Below, piece by piece: positions 14,293-20,000 of a DNA stretch of 20,000 nt. Position 1 is the stretch's first letter; each line of letters begins with the position of its first letter. This DNA comes from an uncultured virus (IMG/VR IMGVR_UViG_3300020048_000108) (Duplodnaviria > Heunggongvirae > Uroviricota > Caudoviricetes): the IMG/VR virus record IMGVR_UViG_3300020048_000108; one strand, 5' to 3'. Below the pieces are notes generated by a model. The model was not told where the DNA came from and searched no databases. It saw nothing but the letters and a program-made list of their open reading frames with translations. A program made the translations under genes and the position numbers.

Positions 14293-14472
14293 TTACCTTG
14301 TTGATGCCTTGAGTATTTCTATTTTATTATAATCTTCTCTATACACAAGAACTCGTGGGGGATTAAATTGTGGTTTTGTGTATAATTCAATCACAATGTA
14401 TTTCTCAGCCACAAAGACAACAACTCCTTGCATTTCCTTATAAATTACTTGTGTATTTTGAGGGAAAGTCAT
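14293..14472 (-). CDS. small hypothetical protein (59 aa)
   Basis: Manual translation MTFPQNTQVIYKEMQGVVVFVAEKYIVIEL...; ATGA coupling. Confidence 0.7.
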   Translation of the reverse strand: MTFPQNTQVIYKEMQGVVVFVAEKYIVIELYTKPQFNPPRVLVYREDYNKIEILKASTR

Positions 14473-14762
14473 TGAAAAAACTTTTCTAATGGTGTTTGTT
14501 GTATTTGCATTGCGGTGTAGTTTCTAGTATTCTTGAAATCTACAACTTTACCAACGGTTTTGCTATTTACCGGGGCAAAGAACTTGCATTTTTTATAATC
14601 ATAAAACCCCCACACTGATTTGGTTAGTTTTCCATCATTGTAATCAAACTTACGGGTGTTGCATAACCAAATAGAAAACACATTACGTTTGAATTCTTCT
14701 ACTTGATAAAAATATCCTTCAGGTGGTTTGTGTAAAAATTGAGGAATTAAATCAACAGTCAT
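14469..14762 (-). CDS. conserved cyanophage hypothetical protein
   Basis: FLHKPPEGYFY...SVWGFY...FFAPVNSKTVGK..TRNYTAMQ; ATG 14762. Confidence 0.8.
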   Translation of the reverse strand: MTVDLIPQFLHKPPEGYFYQVEEFKRNVFSIWLCNTRKFDYNDGKLTKSVWGFYDYKKCKFFAPVNSKTVGKVVDFKNTRNYTAMQIQQTPLEKFFQ

Positions 14763-14916
14763 ATTTTTTTTCTTGCGACATCCGTTTGATTTGTTCGTTA
14801 AGTTGATTGATTTCGTGTTGTTGATTTGCAATTTTAGATTGCAAAAAATCAATCCTATTCCTATGCTGTTCTTTAAGTTGAAGTGCTAGATGATTGTTGT
14901 AAAAATTAGCGATCAT
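14752..14916 (-). CDS. small coiled-coil protein (54 aa)
   Basis: Manual translation MIANFYNNHLALQLKEQHRNRIDFLQSKIANQQHEINQLNEQIKRMSQEKKYDC. Confidence 0.6.
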   Translation of the reverse strand: MIANFYNNHLALQLKEQHRNRIDFLQSKIANQQHEINQLNEQIKRMSQEKKYDC

Positions 14917-14918
14917 AA

Positions 14919-15158
14919 TTAAGTCGTAAATGCGTCAACTACACGGGATTCCTCATTTTCAAGAAGAGGAAAGTGTTGAGATTTTAGTATATTTTCACGG
15001 AGTTTTCCATAATGTTCTGTCCAGGTTTCATTGTCCCATTTCACTACTATATCAAAACACTCTTCGTTATTTTCAGCAATCACATTTAGCAATCCGCCAT
15101 ATTCAGATTGCCACTGTGGAACAAAATAATCCACCAGATAGAGAAACTTTTGTGCCAT
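14919..15158 (-). CDS. conserved cyanophage hypothetical protein
   Basis: YLVDYFVPQWQSEYGGLLNVIAENNEECFD...SRVVDAFTT. Confidence 0.8.
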   Translation of the reverse strand: MAQKFLYLVDYFVPQWQSEYGGLLNVIAENNEECFDIVVKWDNETWTEHYGKLRENILKSQHFPLLENEESRVVDAFTT

Positions 15159-15182
15159 TAACCTCATTTGTTTAACGAATAC

Positions 15183-15211
15183 ATCTTAAGACCTTATAAC
15201 CAAAATGTCAA
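15183..15211 (-). promoter_or_regulatory. sigma70-type promoter
   Basis: Minus strand TTGACA-17 bp-TAAGAT. Confidence 0.7.
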
Positions 15212-15370
15212 GTGAATTCAGATANNNNNNNNNNACTTGCTTCAGATTCTGCCCACACAAAGAAATCATCAAGCATTTTTTCAGTTTGAAGTTCTTTGCG
15301 TTCATCACTATAATCAATCATTGTTTCCTGTGCTTTTTGGATAAGATCTTTAATGCGCTTTGAAATCATT
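15208..15370 (-). CDS. small hypothetical protein spanning a scaffold gap
   Basis: MISKRIKDLIQKAQETMIDYSDERKELQTEKMLDDFFVWAESEAS-gap-SEFT*; end is inferred. Confidence 0.55.
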
Positions 15371-15402
15371 TTTTGATTTAGTTCCTATCTCTGGTAGATT
15401 TG

Positions 15403-15436
15403 TGATTACACCAAGGGGACACTTTGAAGGCCCCAC
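15403..15436 (-). repeat. repeat family A copy 9
   Basis: tgattacaccaaggggacactttgaaggccccac. Confidence 0.92.
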
Positions 15437-15446
15437 AGATTTTTAT

Positions 15447-15611
15447 TCAACCACCACGTTCTTTGAGACTTCTGACAAGATATTCGGTAAATAATTCCAT
15501 CTGCTGTGGTGCAACTGTATGTGGATTATAATTAATTGCATCTTTAAGTGCAACCAGTTCCTTCCATTCTTCTTTAGTCAGTTCAGTTCTTTCAGTTCTT
15601 ACGAGAGTCAT
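15447..15611 (-). CDS. conserved cyanophage small protein (54 aa)
   Basis: Manual translation MTLVRTERTELTKEEWKELVALKDAINYNPHTVAPQQMELFTEYLVRSLKERGG. Confidence 0.7.
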   Translation of the reverse strand: MTLVRTERTELTKEEWKELVALKDAINYNPHTVAPQQMELFTEYLVRSLKERGG

Positions 15612-15703
15612 AATTCCTCAATATTATGTTGGTATCCTAACACAATATCTATATGAATGGGGTTTATTTAACAATATCTCAAGAATTGATTTACGATCAC
15701 CAA

Positions 15704-15922
15704 TCAATAAAATGAACCAAAAGATCCACTGCTTCCAGGTTTCCTATTCTCCAATAGATCCATAAGTTCTTCATATTTTTCAAGTTCTTCAAGTTGCAAA
15801 AGAACTTTAGATAGTTGTTGAATGACAAAGGGTTTTTCATTCATTGCCGCATTTTTGAGTGCATTGCGAAGATGACTTTTTGCTTCCAAAACCTCTTCAT
15901 TTACTTTTTCTGAAAGTGCCAT
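15704..15922 (-). CDS. conserved cyanophage hypothetical protein
   Basis: MALSEKV...EAKSHLRNALKNAAMNEKP. Confidence 0.75.
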   Translation of the reverse strand: MALSEKVNEEVLEAKSHLRNALKNAAMNEKPFVIQQLSKVLLQLEELEKYEELMDLLENRKPGSSGSFGSFY

Positions 15923-15923
15923 T

Positions 15924-16175
15924 TTATTTAATGTATTCCTTGTGTTTGGTTTTTAATGATTGATTTGCAGATTCAATCAGTTGGGTGGTAACTGTATCAA
16001 TAAACTGAAGAGCATCAGGACTATATTCTTTGAGAGATTGTTGATCAAAAAGTCTCTCTCCAACTGCAGAAGCACATTGAGCATAAGCATCCACGTTACT
16101 CAAAAAGAACTGACTCCATTCTTTAGAGTGTTCTTCATCTTTAAAATCTAAAAACATAATAGGTTCAATCCTCAT
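15924..16175 (-). CDS. hypothetical protein
   Basis: 83 aa ORF in a tight gene run. Confidence 0.65.
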   Translation of the reverse strand: MRIEPIMFLDFKDEEHSKEWSQFFLSNVDAYAQCASAVGERLFDQQSLKEYSPDALQFIDTVTTQLIESANQSLKTKHKEYIK

Positions 16176-16593
16176 TTACTTTTTGAAGTTCATAACTACA
16201 ATCACCAACACCAATCCAATTAAGTACATCGTCCTCTTTCCATCCTTTGAGTTCAATAAGTTCATCTGGAAGAGTGATAAAAGATTCACCAGAAAGACCA
16301 TCAACTTCAACGGTGAGAGTCCAAGTTTTAGGAGAGTCTTGTTGCTCATCACTGTAAAACATACTCAAATCATCACTATCATAATCATCAAAAGAAATAT
16401 CTCGATTCCCCATTAGAAGGGATTGAAGTTTCTTTGAGTTATCAAGTTGTTTCTGTATTCCGTTAATGTACTCTGAAACTTCAGAATTAATAGTATCATA
16501 TATTTCTTGAGCGTTAATATCTCCAGAACACAAAGCATCAGATACCCATTCACGAAGTTGTGAAAGAGAATAGTTTTTATAGTCAAAAGTCAT
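16165..16593 (-). CDS. protein with C-terminal AbrB/SpoVT-like DNA-binding domain
   Basis: WTLTVEVDG..GESFITLPDELIELKGWKEDDVLNW. Confidence 0.65.
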   Translation of the reverse strand: MTFDYKNYSLSQLREWVSDALCSGDINAQEIYDTINSEVSEYINGIQKQLDNSKKLQSLLMGNRDISFDDYDSDDLSMFYSDEQQDSPKTWTLTVEVDGLSGESFITLPDELIELKGWKEDDVLNWIGVGDCSYELQKVNED

Positions 16594-16760
16594 GATTCAT
16601 TCTCCAATTTCTTTTCAATAGATTCAACAATAAAATTCTGCAATTCTTCTTGAGTCATTGCATTAAACATAGACCATCGTGGATCTTCGGGATTCCATTC
16701 TAATTGAAGAGAACCATCAGGCATCTCTGTAATTTTTAGTCCATCATCTTCAGGATTCAT
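16590..16760 (-). CDS. small hypothetical protein (56 aa)
   Basis: Manual translation MNPEDDGLKITEMPDGSLQLEWNPEDPRWSMFNAMTQEELQNFIVESIEKKLENES. Confidence 0.7.
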   Translation of the reverse strand: MNPEDDGLKITEMPDGSLQLEWNPEDPRWSMFNAMTQEELQNFIVESIEKKLENES

Positions 16761-16968
16761 TTTTCTTTAACAAAAAGTACAATTTATAATATTTGGAGCA
16801 GAGAAGTCTCGTAGTATTATAATCCTCTTCATCCAAACAGTCAAGTAGGTATGATGCGCCTTCAAGTTCCCCCAAAAGTCTTGCGATCGTAACTGAATTA
16901 ACTTCTTTTACGTTCCATTTCTTCTTTTTTAGTTTCATTATCAAGATAGTAAGATGCAATGATATCAA
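16750..16968 (-). CDS. hypothetical protein (true start probably internal)
   Basis: VTIARLLGELEGASYLLDCLDEEDY...KYYKLYF. Confidence 0.6.
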   Translation of the reverse strand: MISLHLTILIMKLKKKKWNVKEVNSVTIARLLGELEGASYLLDCLDEEDYNTTRLLCSKYYKLYFLLKKNES

Positions 16969-17191
16969 TACGAGATTCTAAAGCATCAACGGAATGCATA
17001 ATTTCGTAAAGAGTATTTGTAGTTTCTACATTTTCTTCTTCTAACTTTTCAACTCTGCCTTGTAGTATTTGTACATGCAATGATAACTGATAACCAAGAT
17101 CTTGAAGTGAAGGATACTGTTCGCTCCTTTCATAAGATTTGGTACTAAAAATCTTGGATAGAAAATCACCAATAGCATTAAAGTTTGTCAT
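16898..17191 (-). CDS. coiled-coil hypothetical protein
   Basis: RVEKLEEENVETTNTLYEIMHSVDALESRIDI motif. Confidence 0.7.
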   Translation of the reverse strand: MTNFNAIGDFLSKIFSTKSYERSEQYPSLQDLGYQLSLHVQILQGRVEKLEEENVETTNTLYEIMHSVDALESRIDIIASYYLDNETKKEEMERKRS

Positions 17192-17381
17192 TCATAATCT
17201 CTTTGTAATAAGCATTATATCTCATAAACTTTTGAATAGACCCCCTAACATTTAAACTCTTACAGCACTCTTGATATGAAAGAAATTCATAATAACTTGT
17301 AGTGGAATCAAGTGCTGGATAGGTTGGGTCAGTATATCCCACAATTTCACGAAAGTCAATTTTCATTATTGTCATCCCCAA
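17178..17381 (-). CDS. hypothetical protein
   Basis: YYEFLSYQECCKSLNV..SIQKFMRYNAYYK. Confidence 0.7.
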   Translation of the reverse strand: MGMTIMKIDFREIVGYTDPTYPALDSTTSYYEFLSYQECCKSLNVRGSIQKFMRYNAYYKEIMNDKL

Positions 17382-17797
17382 TACTCATAAAGAAATCCAT
17401 TTGGAGTTGAGTAGTGAATATGAACTACTGTACTACAACTACGAATGAATTCCGAACAGATCCTACACGGCCTAGAATCTCGCAGTTCCTTTCCTCCATG
17501 GCCACCAACACGACAAACCACAATTGTATCCGCATCTTCTTTTGCCTTAATAAGTACAAAAATCTCCGAATGCAAAAATACTTTCTTTTCCAAATGAGGT
17601 TCATTAAAAATCATTGCAGCATTCTTTGCTGCCCAATATTGAACAGGATGACTACGTTTATAATCATTCACTGCAGAAGCAATAATACGATTTCTCTTGA
17701 ACAATACTGCACCCATTTTCTTGGGAGCATTAGATGCCATCGCAACTGCAACTGCCTGATTCAAAATTGCAGATTTCAAAAATGATTTGGTTGGCAT
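17372..17797 (-). CDS. cytidine/dCMP deaminase-fold zinc-binding protein
   Basis: MGAVL, LHSE (HxE) and SRPCRIC (PCxxC) motifs. Confidence 0.8.
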   Translation of the reverse strand: MPTKSFLKSAILNQAVAVAMASNAPKKMGAVLFKRNRIIASAVNDYKRSHPVQYWAAKNAAMIFNEPHLEKKVFLHSEIFVLIKAKEDADTIVVCRVGGHGGKELRDSRPCRICSEFIRSCSTVVHIHYSTPNGFLYEYWG

Positions 17798-17939
17798 TAT
17801 TTGAAATTAGAAGAATCTTCCACACCTTGATCGTAAGCTNNNNNNNNNNTTTGTTCATCCGGAGTTTCTACATCACCATAAAAGTACTCGGAACGAAATG
17901 CAAATCCTTCTAAAGAATTGAACCAGTCATCAAAGGTCT

Positions 17940-18167
17940 TCATTCAATCTCCTCAAAATAGTAGAAAGCATCATTGAAAACTTGATCATCATCACCTAAA
18001 GACATCCACCCTGCACACATAGAATCCGAATATTCTTCCCAGGCACGAACAGCATCAGTATGTGAAATCTCATAATCACGATCAGCAAAGACTTTCACAA
18101 TACGATCAATATCATTAGAGTATTCAGTATGGTGATTATAAGGTTTCTTGAACTTAAGTCTTTTCAT
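17940..18167 (-). CDS. hypothetical protein
   Basis: WEEYSDSMCAGWM motif. Confidence 0.7.
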   Translation of the reverse strand: MKRLKFKKPYNHHTEYSNDIDRIVKVFADRDYEISHTDAVRAWEEYSDSMCAGWMSLGDDDQVFNDAFYYFEEIE

Positions 18168-18456
18168 TAGTCTTATCCTCCTCAGTAACACTCACAATCG
18201 TATAATCACCAGTCGCAATCAACAAATTCGCAACAGCAATCGCCTTGTGCATCGTCTTATGATACTGCCACCGACGCTCTAAGTCATTCTTATAATAGTA
18301 ATCAATACGATATTGTGTGGTCTGTTCCACCCATTCATTTAAGTCCTTATCATACCTTTTCCCTTTTGTGAGTTCATCTATGTTGATTGTGGGTTCGTTG
18401 TCGCCATTCTCATTCTCCCAAAATTCATCATACGCATACCCAGGACATTGAGTCAT
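18154..18456 (-). CDS. hypothetical protein
   Basis: MTQCPGYAYDEFW...; ATGA coupling. Confidence 0.65.
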   Translation of the reverse strand: MTQCPGYAYDEFWENENGDNEPTINIDELTKGKRYDKDLNEWVEQTTQYRIDYYYKNDLERRWQYHKTMHKAIAVANLLIATGDYTIVSVTEEDKTNEKT

Positions 18457-18587
18457 TTTCCTAAAATCCCCCAAATAATATAAGCAATCAAGTAGCATAT
18501 ACCGACACCTAACGCATACTTTCTGTTTTTAAATCCATGTGCTATCCAGATGTTTGTGAGGATTAATAGGATTTGAGAATGAGTCAT
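18453..18587 (-). CDS. small membrane protein (44 aa)
   Basis: Manual translation MTHSQILLILTNIWIAHGFKNRKYALGVGICYLIAYIIWGILGK; coupled at both ends. Confidence 0.55.
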   Translation of the reverse strand: MTHSQILLILTNIWIAHGFKNRKYALGVGICYLIAYIIWGILGK

Positions 18588-18850
18588 TGTGCCTCCCAAT
18601 AACGACCAGATTTTCCACAGTATTCCTCAGGGGAACAATTTCCTAATTGAATCATTAAGAACTCCAAATCTGAACCTTTAGTTGCTATCAATCTTTCTGA
18701 AGAGCAATCTACAAGTTCTGGTTTTGTTTTAGTTTCTCCAGTAATCACAGAAGAGTAAGTTATAACTCTTCGGGCACAGTAAGGTTCCCACAAAGTTCTC
18801 CAATTACGCCGATAATGTTTACAAGATGCACAGAGTTTAGTTTCGCTCAT
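18584..18850 (-). CDS. Cys-rich hypothetical protein
   Basis: KLCASCKHY...C...CSSER...CGKSGRYWE. Confidence 0.7.
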   Translation of the reverse strand: MSETKLCASCKHYRRNWRTLWEPYCARRVITYSSVITGETKTKPELVDCSSERLIATKGSDLEFLMIQLGNCSPEEYCGKSGRYWEAQ

Positions 18851-19440
18851 TTTAGTTTCCCCATTAGAGTATTATGATAAGAATTATATCCATCATCCCA
18901 ATCATCTTGAACATCCCCAATAGCATCAGGCATCCATTCCTCAAACATTTGAATGAACCTCTCTACTTCTTCTTCATAAAGTTCACTACTCCTATTCTTT
19001 GGATTTTCCCATTTAAAAGCGAAATTAAACTCCCATTTCTTAAGAAGGTTTTTGAGTGTTAGTGTTTCGGGTTTGGGTTCATCAAACACCCCATTTTGCT
19101 TTGCAGTCTTCATAGCATCTTTGAGACTTTTTTCAGTTTCTTCTGGTGTATATTTTTTATAAGGATACTCACTCACTTTTTCTTCTTTTGCGGCATTATA
19201 ACCTTTTTGGAAAATATCCCACCAGATATAAGAATGTCTATTACCAATACCAGTAGTTATTTTTTGACCTTCTTTATCAGGATAGTTTCCATAAACTTTT
19301 TTATATGCTTCTTCGCAAAGAGTTTTATGATTTTGGAGTTCTTCAAGAAAAGACAATTTTGCTTCTAATACTTTGATTTCTGCTTTTGTTTTTTCAATTT
19401 CTTGTGCTCTGATTTCTGCTTTTTCGTTTGGGAAAGTCAT
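18847..19440 (-). CDS. hypothetical protein
   Basis: MTFPNEKAE...; coiled-coil N-terminus, EEAYKKVYGNYP. Confidence 0.7.
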   Translation of the reverse strand: MTFPNEKAEIRAQEIEKTKAEIKVLEAKLSFLEELQNHKTLCEEAYKKVYGNYPDKEGQKITTGIGNRHSYIWWDIFQKGYNAAKEEKVSEYPYKKYTPEETEKSLKDAMKTAKQNGVFDEPKPETLTLKNLLKKWEFNFAFKWENPKNRSSELYEEEVERFIQMFEEWMPDAIGDVQDDWDDGYNSYHNTLMGKLK

Positions 19441-19525
19441 TTTGAATAAGGAATAAGGTTCATAAGAATTGCAATTGACCAACAAATGTTAAGTGATATA
19501 AATGCAGTGAATAGGTTCATTTCAA

Positions 19526-19702
19526 TCAACGCCCAAAATACATAATGCCTGTAGGATGTGCAATCTCTCCTTCGTGATTGAGATACGCCCAATCACCTTC
19601 TTCTTCATCCCACCAAGCATCTTCTGGATACTTATTGTGAGTATCGTGAAACTGTCTCACGGCATCCCATTGTGCTCCCGACCAGTTTTCCCAGTTATTC
19701 AT
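19526..19702 (-). CDS. small hypothetical protein (58 aa)
   Basis: Manual translation MNNWENWSGAQWDAVRQFHDTHNKYPEDAWWDEEEGDWAYLNHEGEIAHPTGIMYFGR. Confidence 0.6.
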   Translation of the reverse strand: MNNWENWSGAQWDAVRQFHDTHNKYPEDAWWDEEEGDWAYLNHEGEIAHPTGIMYFGR

Positions 19703-19809
19703 CTTATCGGCAAGAAAGTGATTTTGATGATGGGGTCAGTGGTGGTCTGATAAATCTCGATCACATCAGAGTGTGAGAGTTTCAGGTTCCAAACTCGTTC
19801 GTGGGTCAT
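19699..19809 (-). CDS. small hypothetical protein (36 aa)
   Basis: MTHERVWNLKLSHSDVIEIYQTTTDPIIKITFLPIR; ATGA coupling. Confidence 0.5.
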   Translation of the reverse strand: MTHERVWNLKLSHSDVIEIYQTTTDPIIKITFLPIR

Positions 19810-19810
19810 T

Positions 19811-20000
19811 TCACCACCTCATTTTCTTTTTCCCATTTCCACTGATAGAACTTATCCAGGGCAATCTTCTCTGCGTGTTCTTCGTCTCGTGCCCAACAGT
19901 TTACCATAAAAGTATTCAACACACCAGAAACGCCGCCTCCCCCATAATACTTTTCCTTTGGTTCAAAACCATTAAGACTATCACGTTGAGATACACAATC
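19811..20000 (-). CDS. hypothetical protein (3' part; 5' end outside the window)
   Basis: Open frame ...VNCWARDEEHAEKIALDKFYQWKWEKKMRW. Confidence 0.6.

Noticed and set aside
1758..15436. Repeat A as a CRISPR array
   Set aside because: The repeat length fits, but the intervening segments are 0.37-2.3 kb and contain whole genes; no cas genes are present.

Overview
AT-rich, gene-dense segment that reads as the early/hypervariable region of a T4-like cyanophage (myovirus). The evidence is conserved cyanophage-type small ORFs, ATAAATA late-promoter motifs and sigma70 promoters; four 10-N scaffold gaps suggest a metagenomic assembly. Nearly all genes are short and on the minus strand. Recognisable products are an SF2 (ResIII-like) helicase, an ArdA-like antirestriction protein, a PD-(D/E)xK nuclease paired with a beta-class DNA methyltransferase, two HNH homing endonucleases, a ligase-motif protein, a deaminase-fold protein and an AbrB-like protein. 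The most striking structure is non-coding. (A) A 34-bp element (TCCYTACACCWAGRNGACACTTTGAAGGCCCCAG) occurs 9 times, plus 2 degenerate copies, all co-oriented and always between the stop of one gene and the leader of the next, dividing about 13.7 kb into cassette-like modules. (B) A 24-bp 8-8-8 inverted repeat (TGTGCCAS-N8-CTGGCACA) occurs 5 times, each 29-31 bp from a -10 box. (C) An origin-like non-coding island at 2633-2981 has divergent promoters, G-tracts, 33-36 bp tandem repeats, a DnaA-box match and an AT-rich tract. All family assignments are from motif recognition by eye; no searches were run.
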